64,000 bases of DNA, taken from the IMG/VR virus record IMGVR_UViG_3300029702_000002; one strand, written 5' to 3'. A program made the position numbers and the translations under genes. Shown here piece after piece: positions 28,271 through 38,100 of the stretch. A model generated the notes under the pieces. That model was not told where the DNA came from. It saw only the letters and a program-made list of their open reading frames with translations, and searched no databases. The stretch is from a virus (lineage: Duplodnaviria; Heunggongvirae; Uroviricota; Caudoviricetes). Position 1 is the first letter of the stretch; the number at the start of each line of letters is the position of its first letter.

Positions 28271-28549
28271 TGGAGAGTTCCCTTTGCGTATATAATTATC
28301 GTCTGAAACAACTTGTTTTCTTATATGTGATATAGCCTAAATGCCTACGGCTGCGGTGTAAAGGTTAAATGGTAGGTTGTGATTAACAATTGGCAAACAT
28401 AGCTTGTATTTGTCTGTTGAAAAAAGTAACAATGACCTCTATATTACAAGTACGGTGATATGCCGTACACAATTTGATAATGCACACGTAATGGGCTATA
28501 GCCTTTTAAAGTAATTTTTGAGTCGAAAACTCAGTTTGAACAGAGGAGA

Positions 28550-28858
28550 TTGATGGCCTTCCTACATCACGGCCATCAGGAGGAATACATGTCAGCACTA
28601 AAAAAGCAGCGCATCGATTTGAGATTAACCGATGACGATAAAAGCATCATCGAGGAAGCTGCCGCAATGTCTAACCAGAGCATTACTCAGTTTATGGTTA
28701 GCAGTGCATCTGAACGTGCCGTGAAAGTTATAGAGCAACACCGTAGACTAGTTCTGAATGAAGAATCCTGGAATCTGGTTATGGACGCTATAAGCAATCC
28801 TCCGGCACCGAACGACAAGCTGAAACGAGCTGCTGATCGTCTGAAAAGCATGGAGTAG
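28550..28858 (+). CDS. DUF1778-type antitoxin (TacA/KacA-like)
   Basis: About 90-100 aa; motif QRIDLRLTDDDKSIIEEAAAMSNQSITQFM; directly upstream of a GNAT gene with an 8-nt gap. Alternative start at ATG 28589 with AGGAGG RBS. Confidence 0.7.
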   Translation: MMAFLHHGHQEEYMSALKKQRIDLRLTDDDKSIIEEAAAMSNQSITQFMVSSASERAVKVIEQHRRLVLNEESWNLVMDAISNPPAPNDKLKRAADRLKSME

Positions 28859-28865
28859 TTTACTC

Positions 28866-29387
28866 GTGGATAATATAAAGATAGAAATTTTCTCTGGAGA
28901 GAAAGATTATGATTTGAATGGTTTTGATTGCGGTGAAGAATCACTAAATGCCTTTTTAACCAACCACTTAAAAAGGCAGCATGAGGGAAAAATTCTTCGC
29001 GCTTATGTGCTTTGCACGAAAGAAGGCAGACCAAAAGTGTTAGGGTATTACACTTTGTCAGGTAGCTGCTTTGAAAAGGAGTCCTTACCTTCAAGAAGCC
29101 AGCAAAAGAAGGTACCTTATCGGAATGTTCCAAGTGTTACTTTGGGTAGGCTGGCTTTGGACAAGTCCCTTCAAGGTCAAGGATTTGGCTCAATGCTTGT
29201 AACACATGCAATGCGCGTTGTGTACAATGCATCTCTTGCTGTAGGCATTCATGGACTTTTCGTTGAGGCGTTAAATGACAAAGCCAAGGCGTTTTATAAA
29301 AGTTTAGACTTTATCCAGCTGGTTGGTAACAACGAGCGTTCTTTGTTCTATCCTACAAAATCTATCGAAAAATTGTTCGAAGAATAA
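28866..29387 (+). CDS. GNAT-family acetyltransferase toxin (TacT/KacT/ItaT-like)
   Basis: 173 aa; GNAT acetyl-CoA-binding motif LQGQGFGSMLVTHAM; partner of the DUF1778-like gene. Confidence 0.7.
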   Translation: MDNIKIEIFSGEKDYDLNGFDCGEESLNAFLTNHLKRQHEGKILRAYVLCTKEGRPKVLGYYTLSGSCFEKESLPSRSQQKKVPYRNVPSVTLGRLALDKSLQGQGFGSMLVTHAMRVVYNASLAVGIHGLFVEALNDKAKAFYKSLDFIQLVGNNERSLFYPTKSIEKLFEE

Positions 29388-29554
29388 TGTACTCCCCTCA
29401 AGTGAGGGGAACTTCGCATCACCAACCGCAAACTCTCTCTCCCATCGTATTGTGAAAAAGGATTTGGCGTTCGGTTTCTTCGGTCATCACATCATTATTG
29501 CTGATATAGATAGGCCCAGCTCCATCGCAGAACAATACGCTGGCGGTTTGTGGT

Positions 29555-29806
29555 TTAATGACGCACCCACTTATCATACAACTCACGATGAACGGCAGAA
29601 GCATCTTTCTGACGTATTTTATTGCTCGTCTCATTCACCACTTCCACTGTGCTTTGAAGTCGTTTTCTGTCTTCCTGTTTTGCCTTCTCTTCCATTGCTC
29701 GTCGCGCCGCATTCCCGCCCATCGTGTAAGCGCCGACAAGAACGAAAAGAACGGCAGCCAGCGTAATCAAAGCAACTTTTAGCTTTGTCATCAGGCTGCC
29801 TAGCAT
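29555..29806 (-). CDS. small membrane protein (83 aa), possible lysis/spanin-like component
   Basis: N-terminal transmembrane segment ALITLAAVLFVLVGAYTM followed by a charged helical tail. Confidence 0.35.
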   Translation of the reverse strand: MLGSLMTKLKVALITLAAVLFVLVGAYTMGGNAARRAMEEKAKQEDRKRLQSTVEVVNETSNKIRQKDASAVHRELYDKWVRH

Positions 29807-29807
29807 A

Positions 29808-30527
29808 TTAGACCATCCCTTTCTGGTATTTTCTTACCTGCGACCAGGCAATGAATCCTGCCACAACAATAGTGGCAATACCGAAGATGATGCGTACTGT
29901 ATCCCCGCTAGAGATATGACCTTGTGCTTTATCCATAGCAGCGGAAACCTGCGGCATAACATCGGCCAGCTGCGCCAGACCAATACCTGCTGTAACAGTT
30001 GCGCCTGCAGTTTCTTTAGTTACAGGAACAGCCTTCACGGTTTTCACCGGCTTAACAACGCCAGCTCGACGCAGACCTTCCTCAATAACTTCTGCCGCAT
30101 ACCAGGTGTTCAGCGTTTTTAGCGGGCCTCGGCCATTCTCGTGGCGAATGATTGCCTCAACCAAAGGTCGAAGGATGTCGTAATCATGCAGATCGATGAT
30201 CATGTCTGCGGTTACACCAACGGCTTTAGACACCTCATTAATGTAGGCGTCAGTATTGTTTTCATTCGGCGGTGCCCAGCGTTCAATAACTTCACGAATG
30301 GTATCGATACTTGTGCCGTCTTTTGCGCGACGTTTATCGTGGTAGGTAATTAGAGTCACCGCCAGCGCACGAATCCCCCAAACAGGGTCTTTAAACGTGC
30401 AAAAGCGCGGTTCGTCTGGATTCGCAACCAGACCTTGCCACGGTGATCCTTTATCAAGATTACCGGGGTTATTATTACGAATGCCTCTCGGAGTCTTCAT
30501 CCTTGATCTCCTGTTATTGCAGTCCAC
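29808..30527 (-). CDS. hypothetical protein with C-terminal membrane anchor
   Basis: 239 aa; N-terminal GIRNNNPGNL motif; C-terminal hydrophobic segment IIFGIATIVVAGFIAW. Confidence 0.45.
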   Translation of the reverse strand: MDCNNRRSRMKTPRGIRNNNPGNLDKGSPWQGLVANPDEPRFCTFKDPVWGIRALAVTLITYHDKRRAKDGTSIDTIREVIERWAPPNENNTDAYINEVSKAVGVTADMIIDLHDYDILRPLVEAIIRHENGRGPLKTLNTWYAAEVIEEGLRRAGVVKPVKTVKAVPVTKETAGATVTAGIGLAQLADVMPQVSAAMDKAQGHISSGDTVRIIFGIATIVVAGFIAWSQVRKYQKGMV

Positions 30528-30849
30528 TTTTTACGCCATACGCGGCTAACCCCAAAAGCAGTGCGGTAATAATGAACGACGTTATTTTAGAAACAATGCC
30601 GCCAAAGAACCCACTTGAGATGGAATCTAACCGGTTAAGGAGTTTGTCCAGATTGGAGTGTTGAATACTATGTTGCGCCGGGGTCATATCACCAAAGTAG
30701 GTTTTCAGCTGATCATTGACCTCCTGGCCAATTTCTTCACGTAGCTCTTTACCTAATTTGCCAACAACCTCCCGAGCAACGATCGCGGCAATACGCTCAA
30801 CTTGCTCTGTTGTAACGCCCGCCATCTCGTTCGACATGTTTTCCTCCAT
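30514..30849 (-). CDS. tail-anchored small membrane protein (holin-like candidate)
   Basis: 111 aa; C-terminal transmembrane segment ITSFIITALLLGLAAYGV. Confidence 0.4.
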   Translation of the reverse strand: MEENMSNEMAGVTTEQVERIAAIVAREVVGKLGKELREEIGQEVNDQLKTYFGDMTPAQHSIQHSNLDKLLNRLDSISSGFFGGIVSKITSFIITALLLGLAAYGVKSGLQ

Positions 30850-30900
30850 GAAAAGTCAAATCGGGATGGCGGATTTATATCACACTTCTCCTTTCAATTA

Positions 30901-30920
30901 TAGGTATATACTTACCTATC
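30901..30920. promoter_or_regulatory. intergenic palindromic motif TAGGTATATACTTACCTATC
   Basis: Motif-family member upstream of minus-strand gene 30514..30849. Confidence 0.4.
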
Positions 30921-31039
30921 TATGCATATGCCGTTTAACGGCTGTTCAAATTCGTATCTAGTAACTCACTAATATATCCCTATGATTGCGGCTGTGAGAT
31001 CGCATTTTAAACCTCACAGCCATATAAATAATGTCTAAA

Positions 31040-34000
31040 TCAGTTACTTGTTGCCCCAACAGTACCTGCAAATTTCAGCCATTGACCTGACGGACTTCTA
31101 TTACTACGGTAGTGATAAACGAGGATTGCGTTTGTAACTCCACCGTAGTCAGCTTTATGTGACGTTGTTAAACGAATTGTATAATCACCGTTAGGTAGAT
31201 TAAAAACTTCGATTATAGATTCTGCTAATTCTACAGCACCAAATCCCGTTATATTGTTGATACTGCCAGCATTGAATCCCATAGCATCGCCAAAGCCAAT
31301 CCAATAACTTTTGCTAAACGCCCCATTTGATTTTAGGTGGCTAATGAATGCGGACAAGCTCATGCCCATATCCCCACCTGAAACAGAGGAAGTTCGCACA
31401 GTCATGCTTGGAAGAGCACTGCTCTTCACATAGGAACTTAGAAGGTTTGTTACCTCTGTTTTCGTGTAAGCATTAAGGTTAGCCGCAGTCAAAGTTATAT
31501 CGGCAGAGCCATCAAACGCCACACCAGCAATTTTCCTTGCTGTCTGCAATTTTGTGGCGGTTGCGGCATTACCAGTAGTGTTCTGATTACCAGTTGTATT
31601 CACACCAGGGATTGAATCCTTAGCGGTATATACCTGCGCCCACGCTGACCATGCCGCACCTGTGTTATCTCTTCGTGAGCGAATGAAAACTGGCGCATGT
31701 GCACCGCTCGTACCACTCCAGCCAATAAGCAACTCTCCCTCACCAGCAGCACTCGCACCTTTCATGTGCAATACGTTGCCATACATGGTCGGGTAGCTAT
31801 TGTTGTACGCCTCATACATTTGAATGCCAGCAGTGCCTTGAGTAGAGCCGCTTAACGCCGTAACTCGGCCACGAGATACCAATGTATTAATATTGATATC
31901 GCCTGAACCATCAAACTTAACACCATTGATGTTTCTCGCTGTTTGCAACTTCGTAGCTGTTGAAGCATTACCGTTCAAACTACCATTTACGCCACCAGTC
32001 ACATTTAGTCCATTACCAATTGATACAGCACCGCTGGTATTATTAATTGTAATAGGTCGCAAACCGTTCCATGAACCTAATGTGTCTCCTGATGCTGTTA
32101 GCATGAAATATGTGTTCGATCCATCATTACGGATAAAGAACCCAAAGCTACCGTAAGCAATGCGGAAACCATTTGCATATTTTGAAATGATCTCGCCAGA
32201 AGATGTCAAACCTCCAGATAATGTACCACCGGTAAGAGGTAATGCACCGACATCAGAGGCTGTTGGTTTGTTTTTCGTGTTATATACTCTTCGCCATCCT
32301 GGAGAATAATCTGTGCCATTAAATACATAGATAAACTCCGCATTAGTGAGAGCACCGGAAACACTTGTCGTTGTGGCCGTTGTTATGCGGATCGTATAAT
32401 TATTTGAACTACTACCGTTATTAAATACTTCTATAACAGCTCCTGCCAATGGAATAACGCCACAACCAGTTTCACTATTTGGTATGGTTGCGCTATTGGC
32501 ATAGGCCCACGCACATCGAGCAATCCATGCCTTTGTGTTAAAGGCTCCATTATTTTGCAATAACGTCACTAACTGGGCTGTTGTTATTGCTCCGCCATTA
32601 CTTCCTGTAGTTAACCAACCAGTAGGAGATGCTGGGCAACCTATATTTGCTGGTGACAAGGAAATATTTGCCGAACCGTCAAACGACACCCCATTAATAG
32701 TACGCGCAGTCTGCAACTTCGTAGCAGTAGCCGCATTACCTGTTGTATTCTGATTACCAGTCGTATTAACACCTGGCAAATTAATATTTGCAGTACCATC
32801 AAAGCTCACGCCGCCGATAGTTCTTGCCGTCTGTAGTTTTGTAGCAGTTGCGGCATTACCAGTGGTGTTCTGATTACCCGTAGTGTTTACACCTGGAAGA
32901 TTAATATTGGCAGAACCGTCGAAACCAACTCCACCGATAGATCTTGCCGTCTGTAATTTCGTTGCTGTAGCAGCATTTCCTGAAAGACTTGAAATAAATG
33001 GATGTGAACAGTAATAACCTCGTCCATTTTTAAAGTCCAAAATTATCTGTGCATTCGTACTTTCTGATAAAGGATCAGTTGCCCCCCACTTATAAGTGGT
33101 TTGACCAACTGCATAATCAGCCGTTGGAACAATCACATTTAATCCTTCCTCAGCAAAAATCTGGATAGGGAATGCTCTTGTCTCAACGTAAAATACACTA
33201 CACAAATCATCATCTTTCACGCTTGCGATAATCGAGTGTATAGATCGTTCAACGGTTGAATATATTGAGAAAAAACCAACAGCATATGAACCGCGATCAG
33301 ACCAACCGCCCGGCATAACAAAACCATTAAACTCACAATTATTCATAGCGTATCCGCCAGCTGAGGAATAAGTGGTGATAACCACTCGTGAGGCTAATTC
33401 ATCTGTGCCACCACCAGTTCGGCGAAAGACTACAGGATACCACTTACCGCTTACTGCATTTGCAGGAGCAGAGAAAGTGTATTTTCGCATCCCCTTTTTC
33501 TTATCCACTTCACCTTTGCTGTAAACATTAATGTTATTCAGGAAGCGGCCCTTGTCGGGGATATCAGCACCATTCTGATCCTTCTGTAGTCTTTTTTCAG
33601 CATTATCATATGCGGCCTTAACTGCTTTTGGCGTTGCGGCCAGCGATTCACTGGTGCTATCGACAGCACTGCTAAGTTTCACAACACCTTTAGTTGTAAG
33701 GCTTGCGTCTTCCATCGCAACTGCACCGGCAATCTCTTCAGCACGATCAGCAGCAGCTTCCGCACGGGTCGCAGCGGATTCAGCAGCAGTTTTGCTCTGA
33801 GATGCTGCCGTCGCACTGCCTGCCGCCTCTGTTGCTTTCGTGGATGCTGTCGTGGCGCTGCCCTTCGCTGCGGACGCTTGTCTGGTCGCCTCATCTTTTG
33901 AAGCAGACGCCGATGATGCCGATGACGCTGCCGAACTGGCGGACGATGCGGCTGCCGTTTTTGAGGATTCTGCACGGGTTTCCGACGCTTTCGCGTTCGT

Positions 34001-35077
34001 TTCGGATGTCTTCGCTGCGGAAGCAGACCTCGCTGCTGCGCTGGCCTGTTCAGTGGCTTCGCCAGCCTTCGTTGTGGCTGTTGAAGCAGACGATGCGGCA
34101 CTTTCTGCCGATTTTCCGGCGGCGGTGGCACTGGCTGAGGCCTGCCCGGCACTTGTTGACGCGGCACTGGCAGACGACGCAGCCGCTGTTTTTGAGCCTG
34201 CCGCAGCCGAAGCGCTCTGTCCCGCTGCCGTTTCAGAAGACCTGGCGTTCGTCTCGGACGTTTTTGCCGCCTTCGCGGAATTTCCTGCCGCCGTTGCCGA
34301 GGAAGCGGCATTACTGGCGCTCGAGGCTGCGCTCGTTTCTGATGATTTCGCTGCCTCTTTTGAGGCCGCCGCATCCCGGGCTGAGGTGGCAGCTTCTGAC
34401 GCTTTCGTGGTCGCGGTGGATGCAGAAGTGGCTGCTGATTGTTGTGACGCTGCGGCATTCGTTTCAGATTTTTTCGCAGCAGTTGCACTCGCACTTGCGG
34501 CACTTTGTGAGGATGCCGCAGCGGATGCACTTTGAGACGCTTGAGAGGCTTTTTCTCCAGCGGTATTGGCGCTTTCTGCTGCTGCGGCAGCACTGGCCGC
34601 CGCCTCACGAGCTTTGTCGCCAGCAGCATCAATCGCGTCAGTGTTATTTTTATACCACTCAACGTTTTCGTTGTGCTCGTTGACGATCTGCATTAGCGGC
34701 TTAACGGTTACTTCTGTACCGTCTTCACGCTCGATTGTCACCTCATCCAGAGCAGTCAACCAACTGCGCATAGACTTGGAATCAGCCGACATACGCGACA
34801 TTAGTGCTGTAAAGCGCGCGCTAAACTGTGTTAAGTCGCCTTCATAGGTCGTAATGATTCGGCACGGAACCTCAGACTGAGTTTCGCCGGTATAAGGTTC
34901 TGAGAGAACAATATTCGTATCGCTTATTACGCGCTTGATCTCATACAGCTTATTGTCGGGGCCAATGACGATCATCCCCGGCAACACACCATTAGCTGTT
35001 ACGTTCCAGGCTGTCCCTGCCCCAACCAGAGTATTGCTACCCTGTGTAAATGTGATAGTACCTTCCCTGTACCACAT
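31040..35077 (-). CDS. tail fiber protein (side tail fiber type) with Ala/Ser-rich fibre repeats
   Basis: 1345 aa; about 300 aa of SETxAxxSxxAA-type low-complexity repeats; four to five copies of NTTGNAATATKLQTAR.I.GV.FDGSA.I.LPGV. Confidence 0.75.
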   Translation of the reverse strand: MWYREGTITFTQGSNTLVGAGTAWNVTANGVLPGMIVIGPDNKLYEIKRVISDTNIVLSEPYTGETQSEVPCRIITTYEGDLTQFSARFTALMSRMSADSKSMRSWLTALDEVTIEREDGTEVTVKPLMQIVNEHNENVEWYKNNTDAIDAAGDKAREAAASAAAAAESANTAGEKASQASQSASAAASSQSAASASATAAKKSETNAAASQQSAATSASTATTKASEAATSARDAAASKEAAKSSETSAASSASNAASSATAAGNSAKAAKTSETNARSSETAAGQSASAAAGSKTAAASSASAASTSAGQASASATAAGKSAESAASSASTATTKAGEATEQASAAARSASAAKTSETNAKASETRAESSKTAAASSASSAASSASSASASKDEATRQASAAKGSATTASTKATEAAGSATAASQSKTAAESAATRAEAAADRAEEIAGAVAMEDASLTTKGVVKLSSAVDSTSESLAATPKAVKAAYDNAEKRLQKDQNGADIPDKGRFLNNINVYSKGEVDKKKGMRKYTFSAPANAVSGKWYPVVFRRTGGGTDELASRVVITTYSSAGGYAMNNCEFNGFVMPGGWSDRGSYAVGFFSIYSTVERSIHSIIASVKDDDLCSVFYVETRAFPIQIFAEEGLNVIVPTADYAVGQTTYKWGATDPLSESTNAQIILDFKNGRGYYCSHPFISSLSGNAATATKLQTARSIGGVGFDGSANINLPGVNTTGNQNTTGNAATATKLQTARTIGGVSFDGTANINLPGVNTTGNQNTTGNAATATKLQTARTINGVSFDGSANISLSPANIGCPASPTGWLTTGSNGGAITTAQLVTLLQNNGAFNTKAWIARCAWAYANSATIPNSETGCGVIPLAGAVIEVFNNGSSSNNYTIRITTATTTSVSGALTNAEFIYVFNGTDYSPGWRRVYNTKNKPTASDVGALPLTGGTLSGGLTSSGEIISKYANGFRIAYGSFGFFIRNDGSNTYFMLTASGDTLGSWNGLRPITINNTSGAVSIGNGLNVTGGVNGSLNGNASTATKLQTARNINGVKFDGSGDININTLVSRGRVTALSGSTQGTAGIQMYEAYNNSYPTMYGNVLHMKGASAAGEGELLIGWSGTSGAHAPVFIRSRRDNTGAAWSAWAQVYTAKDSIPGVNTTGNQNTTGNAATATKLQTARKIAGVAFDGSADITLTAANLNAYTKTEVTNLLSSYVKSSALPSMTVRTSSVSGGDMGMSLSAFISHLKSNGAFSKSYWIGFGDAMGFNAGSINNITGFGAVELAESIIEVFNLPNGDYTIRLTTSHKADYGGVTNAILVYHYRSNRSPSGQWLKFAGTVGATSN
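33680..34640. repeat. low-complexity GC-rich coding repeat region (Ala/Ser-rich fibre repeats)
   Basis: Repetitive gc(n)gc codon periodicity; produces long spurious ORFs on both strands in the ORF track. Confidence 0.7.
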
Positions 35078-35121
35078 GTTGAATATGCTCCTTGATTTGG
35101 CGGGTTATCCTTGCCCGCCAT

Positions 35122-35135
35122 TAAGTAAATACTTA
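35122..35135. promoter_or_regulatory. intergenic motif TAAGTAAATACTTA upstream of the tail fiber gene
   Basis: Motif-family member about 45 nt upstream of the start at 35077. Confidence 0.4.
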
Positions 35136-35170
35136 CCTATTTTTACCGATATAAAATTTTTTTTCCACCA

Positions 35171-38100
35171 TCACAGACGGCCAATTCTTACTCGTAGGAC
35201 GTTGTTATCGTCATAAACGTCAATCCGCTGACCATTTATAACCAATCGCCCATTGCCGCCGCTATTACCGTTGATCTCAAGCGTTCCATTTTTGCCGAAC
35301 CGCCATCCAGATCTACCGCTAACAAAATTGGTAGATTGCAGATCGCCTACTTTTGCATTGGTGATTGTGCCATCCTTGATATACGCTCCATTCATATAGG
35401 CGATACTGTTTTCGATAACAAATGGCGTTGTGATCTTCCCGTTAACAGAGTTGACCAAACCAAACCTGTCCGCCTGAACCAAAAACTGAGATAGCCCAGT
35501 GGTGTCAATACCAAGCGCAATACCGGCAACATACTTCTGCCCTCCGCTCGTTGAAGTCTCCATTTTCAACGTCCACGCGGTTGACACTTTTTTGTTGGTA
35601 TCAGCAATAGCTGTTGCCTGCTGTTGAATTGTCGCGGTATTTCCATCCACCTCTGCTTTCAGAGTATCGATTCGCCCACTTAGAGCATTATCTGCCTGCG
35701 TTCTCGCTGTCGTTTCAGTTGTGACCGCCGCAGAAATGTTGGCTGCTGTTTGAGACTCTAAGTTTGTGATTTGGGTCGCCAATGCCGCATCTTGCTCTGT
35801 ACGCGTTTTCGTTTCGGTTGCCACAGCCGCTTTAATATCCTCTTTGTATTGAGAGGTCAGCTTGGTGATCTGAGATGACAACGCCGAGTCAGCATCAGTT
35901 CGAGCCTGCGTTTCCACTGCAACGGCCGCACTAATATCTTTCGCAGTCTGTGCTTTTAAACTTGAAACCTCTTTTGTTAAAGCGGTATCACCATCTGCAC
36001 GAGCCGTTGTTTCTTTGGCAAGAGACGCCTCGAGATCATTAGCTTTTGCTGTAAGAGATGTAATCTGGCTGGACAATGCACTATCGGCGTCAGTCCTTGC
36101 CTTTGTCTCTACAGCAACGGCTGCGGCAATGTCAGTTCCGGTCTGCGCCCGCAGGCTGTTAATTTCTCGTGAGAGCGCCTCGTCAGCACTTGCTCTGGCC
36201 TCCTGCTCCTGAGTGATGGCGGCTGATATATCACCGTCAACCTTTGCTTGAAGCTGGTTTATTTGTTTAGCTAACGCAGAGTCTCCGCTCGCACGAGCCT
36301 CCTGCTCACTGCGTATTGCAGCAGAAATATCATCATCAACTTTTGCCTGAAGTTGGGTGATCTGGCTTGCCAGAGCCGAATCTTCCGTTGCTCGGGCTTC
36401 TTGCTCTTCCTTAATGGCTGCGACAATATCGTTGCTTACTTTCGACTCAAGCTGAGTTATTTGTTTCGTCAAAGCTTCATCGGCAGATGTACGAGCCTCC
36501 TGTTCTGTACTAATCGCCGCGCTGATATCTCCTTCAAACTTAGATTGCAGCTGAGTGACACGCTTTGCCAACGCTTCATCGCCATCGGCACGAGCGGTGG
36601 ACTCTTCCAGAATACTGGCCTTAATGTCTTCGCCAATTTCTACGCGAATTTCTTCAACCTTCGTAGCCATTGCAGACATATCATCAGCAAAGGTTTTCTG
36701 TGTTGTTGCGATCTTCGCGTTATTGACCATCTGCTTGTGCTGGTCTTCATCTTGACGAAGAGCCAGGTCAATATTTGTTTTGGCTAACGCCTCAATGTTC
36801 GTAGTCAGTTCTGCACTTGCACGATCGACCTCTGCAACCGTCTTTTTCATTTCTTCAACGGCAGCGGAGCTTTCCTCTACCGTTGACTGCAACACTTCCA
36901 GTTGTTTAGCGTTTGCAGCATCGCCTTCAACACGAGCCTCGCTTTCCTTAGCAATAAGAGCCGCCGCTTCATCTCTTGCAGCCTTTATTGCCTCGACTGT
37001 ATTAGCGAGAGCTTTATCGTGTTCAGATACGGTATTTTCGATTTCAACAATTGCAGCATCAGTAGCATCAATTTTTTCAAACGCTTCATTGACCTTGTCG
37101 ATCGTTGCCGAAACCTCACCTTTAAGCTCGGTTTGTGCGTTCTCCAAAGCATCGCTACGCTCGTTGAATTTTATTTCAAAATCCGCGAGGTTATCGCTGA
37201 ACTGCTTATCTAATTCAGCTATATCTTCCTTAACGTCGTTTACCGCCCCCTCCAAAGATTCGACGCTCTGGTTGATATGCTCATTTAACTCGTCAACGGC
37301 TTCTTGAGAGGCTTTGCTGTTGATGTCCTCAAGCAGAGCCTGACCAAGCTCGGAAGATGTAATTTTGCCAGTCAGGAACGACAGTACATCGCGAGTTGTC
37401 GCCTCTGTACCCAAGTTTGAGTTCGGAGGACTTAACATACCTCGCTTGTTCGATGCTCGAACCCAGTAATACCACGTTTCGCTATCCCCAAGACCAGCAT
37501 GTGTAAAGGTGGTGCTTGCAGACTCTGCGATCAGTTTCGCCGTATCCAGATTATTGGTCTGGGACGCGTAAACATTAATGTGATCAAGGTCTACCGAATC
37601 TGGATTAACCCAATTCAGTATCACATTACGATAGTCTCCAACGGCCGTTAATGACGTTGGGGCATCTGGCGGTGTCATTGTGCCCAGCACCTGATAAACG
37701 GTACTGATAATCTCTGTTTTTTTACCGTTGAATGAAACCGCATACAGCTGGAAGTCGTAGCGTCCATTCTCCGCAACATTAACGATTTCGTATTGCTCTT
37801 CGGTTACACGCGCCGATTGCCAGTTCGATACATTGTTTTCATCAGAACGTCGCCAACTGATCCAATACTCTGGAGATTTCCCTTCCCATGTTGCAGTCAG
37901 TTTTACTGACAGGTTGCCAGGGCTTGAGAGATAAGTCCCTTCGGTGATTTGCAAATTAGACGGCTTGGAGTAAGTCGGGTCCAATACCGTCGTATTTTGC
38001 GGGATAAGCGTTGCACCATTGTCGATCGCCTCATATTTAGACGGATTGTTCTCAACAGCGGTGATGTCAAAGCTACCCGGCGTTTCCCCCTGCGCGATGT

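Noticed and set aside
28271-28549. Centromere-like iteron array upstream of parA
   Set aside because: Only two weakly similar (G/C)ATATAGCC units and a short palindrome were seen, not a clear array of tandem iterons; mentioned in findings but not annotated as a feature.
29323-29766. Plus-strand ORF (147 aa) overlapping the GNAT toxin 3' end and the minus-strand membrane-protein gene
   Set aside because: Overlaps two better-supported genes and has Cys/Pro-rich low-complexity translation; likely spurious.
33679-34683. Long overlapping ORFs on both strands (33679..34662 minus, 33703..34683 plus, 33840..34535 plus) with Pro/Arg/Gln- or Ala/Asp-rich translations
   Set aside because: They lie entirely inside the Ala/Ser-repeat region of the 1345-aa tail fiber gene; the GC-rich codon periodicity keeps alternative frames open. 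Treated as compositional artefacts.
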